A DNA stretch of 64,000 nt from the human T2T-CHM13v2.0 reference genome, Homo sapiens, in assembly GCF_009914755.1 (NCBI RefSeq), contig NC_060928.1. One strand, written 5' to 3'. The position numbers and the translations under genes are program-made. Below, in pieces: positions 42,861-55,768 of this stretch (position 1 is the stretch's first letter; each line of letters opens with the position of its first letter). The notes under the pieces were generated by a model. That model was not told where the DNA came from and did not search any database. It saw nothing but the letters and a program-made list of their open reading frames with translations.

Positions 42861-43271
42861 TAATAAAAGAAAAACTTCATCCAAATTAAATTTAAAAGAG
42901 TTTAATTGAGCAATGAACAACTTGCGAATCGGGCAGCCTTCCCAGCCAGAGTAGGCTCGGAGACTCCAGCACAGCCACGTGGTGGAAAAAGATTTATGGA
43001 CAGAAAAAGGAAAGTGATGCCCAGAAAATGGAAGTGAGGTGCAGAAAACAGAAGTGAGTTACAGAATTGGTTTGGCTACAGCTTGGTGTTTGCTTTATTT
43101 GAACATGGTTTGAACAGTTGTACATTTGCTTGACCAAAACTCGTGACTGGCACAAGTGTAGGTTATGGTCGTTTACACCTCCACTTGTTATAGTTCATGA
43201 TGTACAGAGAAATCCTTAGGCTGAACTTAAAATATGTAAGGAGGCAGCTTTATGCTAAACTTGATTTAACA
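42861..43271 (-). mobile_element. MER57-type ERV1 solo LTR
   Basis: AAAAACTTCATCCAAATTAAATTTAAAAGAGTTTAATTGAGCAATGAAC...GGAGGCAGCTTTATGCTAAACTTGATTTAACA. Confidence 0.8.
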
Positions 43272-43994
43272 GAAGTCACTTGTAAACGACTATTTCATAA
43301 AGGCCTTTCTGGTAATGTCTGATGCCTCTGAACCAGTCTGATCTGCAGCATTTTCCCACTGAGGTCTCTCTCTCTCTCTCAATATCTCGCTCTCTCTCTC
43401 CCTCTGCTCTATGTGGGCTGGGAGCCCCATTACAGGTGTGATTCCAGTACATTCCAAGTCACACCGGGCACATACTTTCTCCATTCCTTTCAGTGCCTGC
43501 CTTCCAGTGATACCCCAAGTGTATTGAGCTTGACAACTTTTTCAGCTATAAATAAGTGGTGGTGGGAGGAAGGGGTGGGTGTGAGAAGAGACTTTTCTTG
43601 AAATATGTTGATTTAGGCTGGATGGCTTTTCATTGACATGCAGAAGTAGTATTTTGTGTCTGTATGCAAGATTCCCCCTTTATTTACTGCAAGGATGTTT
43701 TTTTCAGGTCAAGGAGAAAGCTGAGGTTGGAGAAGGTGTGCTTTTCTCCTCCCTTTTGTCTGTCAGTTTCTCTCCTCATTCTCCAGAATCCCCAAGAGAC
43801 CATGTTAGAGTTAAATCAATATGTGGTCAGCAATCAGACAGACCTGAATATGACATGTGATTCTGCTACTTATCAGCTGAATGACCTTGTGATGGTCATT
43901 TGAATGTCTAATCTTTAGCTTCCTGGTCTACAAAATGCATCTCTCTTTTTTTCTCTTTCTCTGTCTCTCTCTTTATCTGTCTTGGGTTAGCTCT

Positions 43995-44170
43995 GTACTT
44001 CACAACCTGGCTACACATTATATTTACTTGGGGAGCTTTTCAAAAATAGTTAATTCCTGGGCTCTGCTCCAAAAGACTGATTCAATTGGACTAGGTTTCA
44101 GCACAAACATCCATCTATTTTAGAAACTCTCTGTGAAATACTATGTGTAGTGAGTGTTAAGAACTGCTGA
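43995..44170. mobile_element. MER5-type hAT fossil
   Basis: CCTGGCTACACATT...GGGGAGCTTTT...GACTGATTCAATTGG...GTTAAGAACTGCTG. Confidence 0.6.
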
Positions 44171-46075
44171 GCTTCTCTTATTAAGCCTCTCTGGACCCCA
44201 TCTGGCCCCCATGCTCATTACCTGGATGTCCCTGGACCACAACAGCTTATGTAAATACAAAATACAAAACAATTCACTGCTAACCACTGCTAACAGTCAC
44301 TTTGTAACTCCAACCCTCCACCTGCTCAGATTGGCAGGCAGTGCAGTCATCTCTAACTTCTTGTCTTCAGGAGCCCTTTCATGGAATGCCCAAGAACCCC
44401 TGTTGGTGCTCTGCAGATGAGAAAAATAGCTACTGAGATCCTTGTTCCCTTGCTGAAGCTGGAAGGCCTCGTGGTCTGGAGAAATGCCAGCTTTTGCTGT
44501 GGTTCATCTGAGAACAGTGGATGCTGGTCTTTCTCTGGGTAATCCTTGGTCGAGAATACTCTCCCCAATTGGCCTGGGTTGCCAGGGAAGAGAGTATTAG
44601 AAACTGCTTTGACAGTATCATTAATATCATCATTTTACAGACAAGGAAACAGAAGCTTAGAAATGGTAAGTTGATCAATGTCATAAGAGGTAACCTGACC
44701 TGACCATAAGACCTGACCGTAAGAGATCAGGTCTTCCACTTCACCCAAGTGAAGCCAGGCTTCCCAAGGCACAGCTCAGCACCTGCGGAGCCACATTGCA
44801 GTGAGTTACAGCACCATCCACTTACTGCCTAGAACCAGCATTTTGTTCCAGAAACATAGGTCTGGGTTGCCCAGACCACACTCCCTCTTCCTCTTGGTGA
44901 TTTTCTTTCATTTCTTCCCACCACCTGGCCCCAGGTGGGTCCACTCGTGTCCATCAGATGTGTTCTAATAAATAGTTAAATACTAAACTCTCTTCTTCCG
45001 GAAGCGTCCTTGGTTCCTTCTACATATATGTGTAGATTCATATATGTAAAAAAAGTATGAAAAAGGATCTTTCATCAATTTACTTATCAGCTTCTTCTAA
45101 ACCCATGCTGTTTCCAAGCTGCATATCCAATAATAAAAAGTCCCTATTCCAAAACCAGTGGGTAGGAATGAAATTACTTTACCCGGGTGTAACTCAAAGG
45201 GATCACTAAGTGATTATTTCCAGAACAATGGGACGACTCCAAAGGTAAGTTCAAGTTTTCACCATGAACATATAAAACACCCAGGTTTTCTTAGTTTCAA
45301 CCAGTTTTAGGATTCATTCTCCGCTAGTCAACTCATTATATATAAATGCCGTTGATATGAATGTTGATCTCCCGGGGTTGTTGAGAATAATACATGAGAT
45401 AAGATGTAGACAGATCAATTTGCAATATTTTATTACTGACACTGTTGCTAATTGGTTAAGCTAATCAGCATCTCATTAGAATTGCCCCTGTGGGCAGTGA
45501 ACGTCCCTCCTCCTGCTCCTCCTGCCCCCTTCTTGTAGTCAGTGTAGTGGCCCTGACCTCTGGTCAATACAATCCAGTGGATTCCAGGTTCTCACCACAT
45601 CACCACTAAGATTATGGTCACAGTAACCAGGGTGATGGGGCCTCTGCATTGAAATGCAGGGTTGTGGGATCAGTGGTACTTGCTCTCTTGCTGTCTCCTG
45701 CTTTGGTTATGAGAGAAATTCAAGAAAGCGGCTCTTGCTCAGGTAGACTTCGGGTTGGTTCCTGAGCATTGGTTTTCCTCTGGATTGGCCTAAAGGTCTT
45801 CAGGGGTTGAGGAGAATACTGGAGAAGGTCTGTATTCATCCATGTTCTCCAACAGAGTAAAGCCAAAACACTAAGTACTGGAATTATTCTGTACTTGCCT
45901 TCCCTAATGGAAGTGTAGTACTGTCTCTTGATTTTCATGGAGCTCCTTGCCTCTGCCCTCTATTAGTTAGGAATCTGGAAGGGAGGAGGGTTGTACTTAG
46001 CATTACTAAATAGACAATAGTTCTCCTGATTGAAAGACTAAAACACTTCCAACCTGGAGTTTTACTGACCATTGA

Positions 46076-46296
46076 TTTTTTTTTTTTTTTTTTGGAGACA
46101 GGGCATCACTGTGTCACTCATGCTGGAGTGCACTGGTGGTGCCATCTTGGCTTACTACAACCTCTGCTTTCCAGGCTCAAGCTATCCTCCTAACTTAGCC
46201 TCCTAAGTTGCTGGGACTATAGGCATGTGTCACCACACCCAGCTAATTTTTGTATTTTTCATACAGACAGGGTTTTGCCAAGTTGCCCAGGCTGGA
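46076..46296 (-). mobile_element. AluJ, 5' truncated
   Basis: Poly-T, right arm and part of the left arm. Confidence 0.85.
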
Positions 46297-46524
46297 TCAT
46301 TGACATTTTAAGAAATGTGTGCATGTCTGTAAAAGGGGAGGTCAGTTTGGGATCCTCCCTCATGGATGATGTGGGATTGATTACCTAAGGAAACTGGCTT
46401 ATCTCTCTTATGGGTGGTCGCATAATATTCAGGAGGTGGTACTGACTAGGCTCACTCAATGATTGACTGGGTGAAGCAGGAAGGAAGAGGGGAGCTATCC
46501 AGGTAGACAGGTTTCCTCCAGAGC

Positions 46525-46776
46525 AAGAGTTGGCCGACCTCAGCCAACAGGTCAAATCTCACCTGCTGTCAGCATTTATTAACTTTTTATTTTGAAATGA
46601 TTTAAGACGCAGCTGCCACTTGTGTTATAAATAAAGTTTTATTGGAATATTACAACTCTTACTTGTTTACATATTGTCCATGGCTGCTTTCATGCTACAA
46701 TGACAGAATTGAATAATTGCAATAAGAACTTATTTGTACCCTCTGGCTCTTTATGAAAAAGGTTTCCTGATTCCTG
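46525..46776. mobile_element. MER58-type hAT fossil
   Basis: AAATAAAGTTTTATTGGAA...GTTTACATATTGTCCATGGCTGCTTTCATGCTACAATGACAGAATTGAATA. Confidence 0.7.
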
Positions 46777-47755
46777 TTCCAGAGTCAAAGATGCTTCTCA
46801 ATCAAAAATACTCCCCCAAATTGCCGTATATTTCATAATCTCCCTCACTGTGACCCAAAGGCCACAAAACCCTTGTAGAACCAGAGAACACAGGGTTGGA
46901 AGGGGATATTAGTGGTCATTCAGTGCAATTCCTCATATGAGGCCAGAATCTCCCAATGGTGCCCCTTCAAGCAATCCCCTAGTGGTGGAGGCACATCATT
47001 GTGTGTAGTGGTCAACTCAGCTTTTTGGGGGAAGTTCTGGTTGTTGGAAAATGATTTCTTATATTGAACTAGGCTGTGGTGGATGAGAAAAACTATTAAA
47101 GTGTTATTATTTATGACCCCCTCTCCAGCCTTTGAAGGAGGAAGACTTCATCACCAGCAGAATGGGCTGCACTGCTTGTGTTGTATGGATCAGCACGATG
47201 GATGGGTAGGAGACCTGAAGATGCTTCAATGGCAAATTTGCTCTACATGGAGATGCTGGATGTCCCTAGACATAAAGACCCCACAAAGATGCTAGAGGGG
47301 CATGGCTGGACAGCGGTGGGTGAGGGAGGAGCTGCAGGTGAGAAAGGAATCAAGGTGTAGAATTTGTATCAAATTATTCTTCAAAGCTTCTCAGGTAGGA
47401 TTTGGACATTTGGGTGCATTTCTAGATGCTTCAGCCAGTTGAAGAAAACTGGGGAAACAAAGGTGTCCACATGGTGCAGGTGCATTTGGGTTGTGTCTGT
47501 CAGCTTGACGCTCCCATGCATTGGTCTTCTATTCTCAGTCCAAACAACTTTCAGCCCGAGTAGCACCCTAGCAATTAATTGTCCAAATTCTACCTCATTG
47601 CCTTTCTACCTAGCCACAGATTGCCTCTCCTCTCAGCTCAAATGTTTCTTCAAACCAGTAGGTGTGGAGGGAGAGAGGTGGAGGAAGATTATGTGCCATC
47701 TTTTTGGCCCATGTTGAAGATTTTCCAGGGTACAGGGTAGTGCCGTGATCTCTAG

Positions 47756-48190
<435 letters not shown>

Positions 48191-48286
48191 CAAATGCTTC
48201 TTCTTGAGCCTTGAGCCAAGTGACCTCTGGGGTCTTGAGCAAGGTGGTCAGCAATGTAGATGCTAAGAGGCCAGATTTCCCAGCCG

Positions 48287-49318
48287 CCCTGGCCTGCTTT
48301 CTTCAGAGCAGTTATCTATTGGACAGATTGGGGTCCATTAAAACCCCAAAGTATTTCCACTGCTAAAAAACAAGCCTAGAATCCAATGGATTATCAGTCT
48401 TTCTCAAGGTGTGGGACAGGTCCCATTAGGGAGATACAAGCTTATATGTGATACATGGATGAACATTTTAAGTTTTCATAGTTATATTTATTTTAAAGTC
48501 TATTAGGAAAAAAATATAATCATCACATCAAATATGTGATTTCATTGATATTATTGATTAAGATGAGGCTACATTTAATTGAATAAGTGAGCTTACTTGA
48601 AGGAAGAGAATAAGTAAGTAATAGTACAGGTGGTATAGGATTATGGCCAACATGATTGACATTTGGGAAAATGGGCAAAGTGACCTCCACAGGCCCTCCT
48701 GGCTCTGACATTCTAGCATTCCTTCTCCTCCCCATCTTTTCTCTTGTTTCCTCTCTGTGGTCATGTCCTCCTCAGCGGAGAGGGCATTACAATGTGTACT
48801 TTCAGATTCAAAACAGTGGCCTTGACATGCGTGAGGTCTGCGCTCGGTGTGTCCCCCTGGCCCTCCCTACGAGAGCTTTACTTTGGTCAGGGAGCAGCTC
48901 TGTTTTCCCACCTTCAGTTTCTGATGAGGTACATGAAACCCACAGGAAGCAAACCAAAGTGAAAGCAAGAAAAACAAGGCTTGGCAGAGAGCGGCTATCT
49001 GCACTTCACTTGGAATTAGAGAAGGTGCTTTTGGCTCCATTAGCAGAATCCCTAATGTGCTTGTATTTGAAAAGCCAGTCTGCAGAATTAGCAGCCAGTG
49101 AATTGTTAGTCTTGCAGGCTGTTGATTCTGTCTTGCTCTTTTTTAACCATCAGAACTCACTTATTTTTATTTACTTTTTGGCATGAAATAATTTCCTATA
49201 TCCTCTTTTTAACTCACTTCTAATAGGATAACACATCTATTTTTCTCATTCTGAATTCTGGATGATTTTATTGTTGAGGGAAGACAGTAGATATTGCATA
49301 TCTACTTTCTTTTTTCTG

Positions 49319-49358
<40 letters not shown>

Positions 49359-49783
49359 ACAGTTTTATTTAAACACAAAACATGCGCATGAGCTGCTTAC
49401 TCATTTTCTTCACTGCACAGCCTGGCATTGGGGTTGGTGACTCTGATGGCCAGCTGGGTGGCCCTTTCCATGATGGCTTTGCGGTTCAATTAAATGTAGC
49501 CTCATCTTAATCAATAATATCAATGAAATCACATATCTGATGTGATGGTTATATATTTTTTCCTAATAGACTTTAAAATAAATATAACTATGAAAACTTA
49601 AAATGTTCATGCATGTATCACATATAAGCTCGTATCTCCCTAGTGGGACCTGCATCACACATTGAGAAAGACTGATAGTTCATTGGATTCTAGGCTTGTT
49701 TTTTTATCAGTGGAAATACTTTAGAATTTTAATGGACCTGAATCTGTCCAACAGATAACTGCTCCAAAGAAAGCTGGCCAGGG
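48287..49783. repeat. Inverted ~297-bp duplication (48287-48583 and 49485-49783)
   Basis: The reverse complement of 48287-48583 aligns end to end with 49485-49783; about 21 substitutions and 2 small indels by eye. Confidence 0.93.
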
Positions 49784-50156
49784 TTGTTGGAGGAAACATT
49801 GTGAGCAATCTCAGCACAGTAAGATTTGTTGCACATCAGCAGCACTTCCTGCTCCTTGACCTTGTGGACCAGGAACTTCTGGAAGCCACTGGGCAGCATA
49901 TGCTTTGTTTTTTTGTTGCTCCCATAAGTAATGTTGGGCATCAAGATCTGGAGCTTGAACCTTCTATGAACCCTGTTGTCACTACCTCTGGGTTTCTGCC
50001 AGTCACGCTTAATTTTGACATATCAGTCTGACCGGTGCCCGATGAATTTCTTGGTTCTCTTTTTGACTATTTTGGGCTTCACAAGGGGTATGAAGGTGGC
50101 CATGATGCTGAGGAGGAGATGGCTGCCGCCTCCATAGGCAGTGCCAAGGAAGAGAG
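49311..50156 (-). pseudogene. RPL32 processed pseudogene, full length, interrupted by a ~299-bp inverted local insertion
   Basis: 5' TOP leader CTCTCTTCC; ATG at 50103; ...[30 protein letters not shown]...[11 protein letters not shown] | [29 protein letters not shown]; AATAAA; TSD CATATCTACTTTCT (49297-49310 / 50159-50172). Confidence 0.95.
49322..49355 (+). repeat. (TG)17 microsatellite in the RPL32 pseudogene tail
   Basis: Read directly from the sequence. Confidence 0.95.
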
Positions 50157-50373
50157 AACATATCTACTTTCTTAATGTTGGACTTGCACTGGGTGTCCAC
50201 AGTTGATGAAGTGTGGCATGCCATGGTGGACAGACCTTGGGCATCTGGGGCAGGCAAACCTGGATTTAAACTTGGCTTAACCGTCCGTCATCTGTGGACA
50301 GGCATTTCTTATTTAAATAAGCTTGATTTTTTTATTTCTTAACAAGAATTATGCTTTTTATCCCCCCACATAA

Positions 50374-50668
50374 TTTTTTTTTTTTTTTTTTTTTTTGAGA
50401 TGGAGTCTCTCTCTGTTGCCCAGGCTGGAGGGCAGTGCTGCGATCTCGGCTCACTACAAGCTCCACCTCTCGGGTTCATGCCATTCTCCTGCCTCAGCCT
50501 CCTGAGTAGCTGGGACTACAGGCGCCCGCCACCACGCCTGGCTAATTTTTTTTTGTATTTTTAGTAGAGACGCGGTTTCACCGTGTTAGCCAGGATGGTC
50601 TCGATCTCCTGACCTTGTGATCTGCCTGCCTGGGCCTCCCAAAGTGCTGGGATTACAGGCATGAGCCC
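50374..50668 (-). mobile_element. AluY, slightly 5' truncated
   Basis: CAAGCTCC...GCCATTCTC and CCGTGTTAGCCAGGATGG diagnostics; TSD about CCCCACA(T/G)AATTTT. Confidence 0.92.
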
Positions 50669-51195
50669 CCACAGAATTTTTTGTGTGTGGATTTAAGAGA
50701 CGACGTGTAAAAAAATCTCCAGCTTCAGTGTGTTGAGTTTAGATGTGAAATAAATATCAGCTCTTTTTTCATTTCTCACAAGCTTGACAAGTGCTTGTAC
50801 CAGATACTACAGCCAAAGCAAAGATGAATATGATATAGGCCAGGATGGCAAATAAGTTTTCTTTCATGCCCAGCTCTCATGAAGTGGTGCAGCCTCAGGG
50901 AGTACTGTGTTGAGATGGATTTTAAGGGTCAGCAGGGAAGAGTGACATAGTAGATTAGCCATATCCTTCAAGGCTCAGGAGGGGGCATTGAGGAACACAA
51001 ATGTCACAAATTTGCCATCACTGACAAATTTTGGGAAGTTTTGGGAAGTCAGAGCTAATGGAGTGTGAAATTTGTCTAGAAGAAACAAATAGCTATTGAA
51101 AATAAGGAGAGTGGTAGACACTTTTACACGTGTTATGTCTACACGTGTTATGTCTTGAATGCACTCAACAAACCAGAGAGGGATGAATTACTCTT

Positions 51196-51936
51196 TGCAG
51201 GACAGTGCTCCAGGTGGCCTTGGACCAACCCAGATTTTACTCCTTTTCCACTTGTAGTTCTTGAGAATAACTGTAGAATGTGCCAGGAATGTAGCATCTG
51301 AGATAAAGAGGGAGATGGCTGGAACAACCTGAGTTCTGTTCCAGTCCTGCCCCGACCTCCTAAAGAAAAAGGGTGTCCTCTGCATGTTCTCACTCATAAG
51401 TGGGAGTTGGAGTTGAACAATGAGAACATGGACACAGGAAGGAGAACATCACACACCGGGGCCTGTCGGGGGTGGGAGACTAGGGGAGGGATAGCATTAG
51501 GAGAAATACCTAATGTAAATGATGGGTTGATTGGTACAGCAAACCACCATGGCATGTGTATACCTATGTTACAAACCTGCATGTTCTGCACATGTACCCC
51601 AGAACTTAAAAGTATAAAAAAAAGAGAAAGAAACAGGGTGTCCTTCAGTGCTTTAGCCCAGCATGTCATGTGACCATAGGGAATACAACCCAGGGTGGGC
51701 TGCTTTCTCTGGTTCGTTAGCTGCGGTGCAACTAGAGCACAGGCAGACGAAGCATCATCTGCCTTAGGAAGCTTTTCTGAGCCTTGGGGGCCCACTTACA
51801 ATGAATCCCAGGCTTCTGTTATCCTTGCTTCCTATGTATAAGTAATAAATCGGCTTCATTTAACTTGTGTGTGAATGTGTTCTGTCTCACTGCACCCAGA
51901 CAAGTTGGCAACCAGTGCATAGTGATCTGCTTCCCA
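51196..51936 (+). mobile_element. ERVL solo LTR (LTR32-like) split by an L1PA 3' fragment
   Basis: TGCAGGACAGTGCTCCAGGTGGCCTTGGAC...GAGAATAACTGTAGAATGTG; AATAAA near the end; continuity is restored when the L1 is removed. Confidence 0.65.
51380..51626 (+). mobile_element. L1PA 3'UTR fragment (5' truncated insertion)
   Basis: CATGTTCTCACTCATAAGTGGGAG...GGGATAGCATTAGGAGAAATACCTAATG...A-tail; TSD AAAGAAA(A/C)AGGGTGTCCT. Confidence 0.92.
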
Positions 51937-52189
51937 TTATTCTCATGCTGTATGAAAGAAAATGAAATCATAGACAAGGTAAGTCATTTTCTCAAGATCT
52001 TACAAAGTAAGAAGTGGTAAGAAGAATCTGAGATTTGGACCCAGATGCCTGATTCCAGAAGCCTTTTGTTTGTGACTATTTAAACTCGGGTGTTCAAATG
52101 GAGTCTTAAAAAAAACAAACAGGTAAAATGTCGGTACTTTAAGGTGTGTCCAAGTGCACTGATCTTAAGTGCTCAGCTTGATGAACTCT

Positions 52190-52501
<312 letters not shown>

Positions 52502-53001
52502 TAATTAGTTGTATATACTTGTGTAACCATCACTCATACCATGACATAGAACTTTCTTACCTTTCCAGAAGCTTCTCTTGGGTACCTTCCTGGTCAAAAA
52601 TGTCTCCAGGAGGTGTGCTACTATTCTGATACTTACCACCATCAATTAATTTTGACTTTTCTTCAATTTCATACAAGTGGAATTATATAGTATTTTCATT
52701 TTTGTGTCTGATTTCTTTCTTCAACATAATGTCTATGAGATTCATCCATGTTGTTATGTTAGTAGTTGTTTTTTAAAATTACTTTGTAGTACTCCATTTT
52801 ATGAATACACCATGATTTATTTATCCCTTCTCCTCTTGAGTGACATTTGGGTTGTGCAGTTTTTGGTTATTATGAACAAAGCTTCTATGAACTTGCTTAT
52901 AATGTCTTTGGGTGGGCATGTGACCTTATTTCTCTTTAGCATATACCTAGTAGTGAAACTGCCATAGTTTAGGTGGATATTTAACTTTAGTAGATATGAG
53001 C

Positions 53002-53362
53002 TACTATGGTCTAAATGTTGGTGTCCTAATGAAATTCATATACTGAAACTTAATCATCAGTGTGATAGTATTAAGAGGTGGGGCCTTTTTAAGGTGGTAA
53101 GGTTATAAGATAAGGGTGGAGCCCTCACAAATGGGATTAATGCCCTTAGTAAAGAGATTTGAGGGAGTCCTTTTGCCTATTTGAGTGTGTGAGGACACAC
53201 AGAAGGTGCCATCTATAAGGAACGGGCCCTCACCAGACACCAAATCTGCTGGTGCTTTATCTTGGACCTCTCAGCCTCCAGAGCTACGATCACTACATTT
53301 CTGTTGTTATAAATGAACAAATCTATGGTATTTTGTTATAACACAAGCAAGAGACTAAGACA
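53002..53362 (+). mobile_element. MaLR solo LTR (MLT1A/MSTD-like)
   Basis: TACTATGGTCTAAATGTT...GTATTAAGAGGTGGGGCCTTT...GCCCTCACCAGACACCAAATCTGCTGG...GACTAAGACA. Confidence 0.85.
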
Positions 53363-55138
53363 TAGACATTTGCTTTTTACCGGGAATGCTTCACAAGGTC
53401 AGAGACTCAGGTCGTCTTATTCTCTGCTGTGTCCCCAGAATCCACAGCAGTACCTGGCTCAAAGTCAGTGCTAATAAGTCATTCTTGATTAAATTAATAT
53501 ATCTGTATCTTGGGCATCCTGATTCTTGGCTTTGTATTAGGACTTTTGTTTCAGTGAATAGAGAAGTTAGAACCTTTCTCCTTGCACCCAGAATTCCTCC
53601 TTGCACCCAGAATTCCTCTTTTGAAACAAGTATCTTTTAATACCTCCTTAAATATCTTGAAGTGAAGTTCACAGATAATACAACCTGTTTACACATGTAT
53701 TTTATTTGTAATCAATATGGTATCCTAACCATTCTACAAAAGAAAACTCTAAAGAAAATAATTTATAATAAGGTAATGAGTGTTTCAATATACAAATAAC
53801 TGGGGAATACTACACTCAAAGGCCTCATGAAATACACAGACATTTGTGACTATATCGATAATCAGTACAAATGCAAAGTGAGAGGCGATGTTCTGCTAAT
53901 GCATATCATGTTTTGCACTGTTGTTGGTGATATGATTTACCAAATAGTGACCAACTCCTGGTAAAATTTATCATAAAATAAAGTACAATCTTTCTTCAAT
54001 TGACTCTGGAAAATTCATTGGATATTAAAATGGTATAAGAATGTTTTGTTTTTAGATGTAAAATGGAGCAAGGTTCTACATTCACATAACTTTTTCAACT
54101 ACACAGATATTTTCTGGGACATGTAGGGCATTTACTCACCTTGGTCCTCAACCATGAAATACCATTGAGTGCCCTCTCATCATAGCACCAACTATCCCCA
54201 CACTTTTCCAAAATATCCTTGGGTGTGGTGCCACCCCTACAAAAACCCTGATTCTAACTCAGCTCTCTCATTTTACAGTTGAAGGAATCATCCCTTTGGG
54301 GAGGGAAGAATTACTCTCTGGAAAACATAGGGATTTAAACATAAAGACTGGACCAGGACCGCAGACTTCTGACTTCTTAGGCTAAATCCCAGTTGTATCC
54401 ACCATAGCAATTGAAGCCAAGGATTAGAGTCAAGTAGGCTTGGGATCAAATCCTGGCTCTGACCTTGGGAAAACTGCTTCATCTTTTCGAGCCTCTGTTT
54501 CATCATTTGCATAAATGAGATTAAAAATAGCATTTACCTTAAAGAATTGTTATGAGGACTAAGAGAGGTTATGACTTTGAATTCTTGGCACATAGTGAAC
54601 TCTTAATTAATGGTAGCAATTATCACACTGCTATTCCTCCCTTTAAAGCTCATTCATTTAAGTGCCAACAGAAATTGTCATATCCTAGAGAACTTCTATA
54701 CTGGAACTTTTTCCTCTGTAGAGAAATACTTGTTTATCATTTGTTTCCAATACTTCAAATCATTCCTTTTCAGGTCAAGGCCTCCTTCTAATCTCTCCAT
54801 TTTCCTCCAAGATGGCCTGGGCCAAATTTAAGGGAAAAATGTCTTGAGCAGAGTAGCTCGGAGCATTCTCATACCTTGACTCTTACTTAAAGAAAGGAAG
54901 AAGAAACTTTGGGGCTTTGATTTGGTTTGAAAAGGAGGAAGGGAGGTGATATTGAGCACTTATTTTGAGCACTTATTTTGTACCAAGTGCATAGCAGGTG
55001 GTCTATTTTGTTTCATTCTCTCAAGAATAGTCCCTGTGAGGTGGACTGTTTATTATCACCTCCATCTTGCAGATGAGAAAGTGGAGACTCTAAGCTGATA
55101 AAACCCTTTCTTGAGGTCATACAGAGCCAAGATTAAAA

Positions 55139-55745
55139 TATTAACAAAAAATAAAATTCTAGAGCCCCTCCAAGCATCTGAATGGACCCCTTCTTGGCCA
55201 GGGCACTCCAAAGTTAACCTGAAAAACTGGTTCAGGCCATGACGGGAAGGGGTGTCAGACATGTCTCGTTATACCCTACTCTCTTTAGGAATTCAGGAAA
55301 CGTGACCAGCATTTAACATCAACACAGACCTTAAGTCTGATAAGAAACATTTACATTCTATTCTCTCTGAAGCCTGCTACCTGGAGGCTTCATCTGCGTG
55401 ATAAAACCTTGGTTTCCACAACTTCTTATTGTAACCGAGACATTTCTTTCTAGAGATAGTAACTCTTTCAACCAATTGACAAATCAGACAAATTTTAAAT
55501 CTACCTACAACTGGAAGCAGACCTCCCCACTTTCCCTTTTCTGGACTGAAACAATGTATGTCTTAAATGTATTTAATTGAAGTCTCACGTCTCCCTAAAA
55601 TGTATACATCTAGGTGACGCCCCAATCACCTTGGGGTCATGTTCTCAGGATCTCCTGAAGGTTATGTCATGGGCCATTAGTGACTCATATTTGGCTCAGA
55701 ATAAATCTCTTTAAATATTTTAGAGTCTGACTCTTTTTGTCAACA
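55139..55745 (+). mobile_element. MER4-family ERV1 solo LTR (MER4B/D-like), inserted in a MIR
   Basis: AAAAATAAAATTCT...CTGAATGGACCCC...CATATTTGGCTCAGAATAAATCTCTTTAAATATTTTAGAG...TCAACA. Confidence 0.85.
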
Positions 55746-55768
55746 AAAATCACATCTCTGTCTGACAT

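Noticed and set aside
48656-49186. 176-aa ORF, and the 171-aa ORF at 38661-39176
   Set aside because: No recognisable homology or exon structure. The second ORF runs through a MADE1 element.
53578-54977. Small tandem duplications (19 bp at about 53578, 13 bp at about 54952)
   Set aside because: Ordinary slippage events with no further structure.
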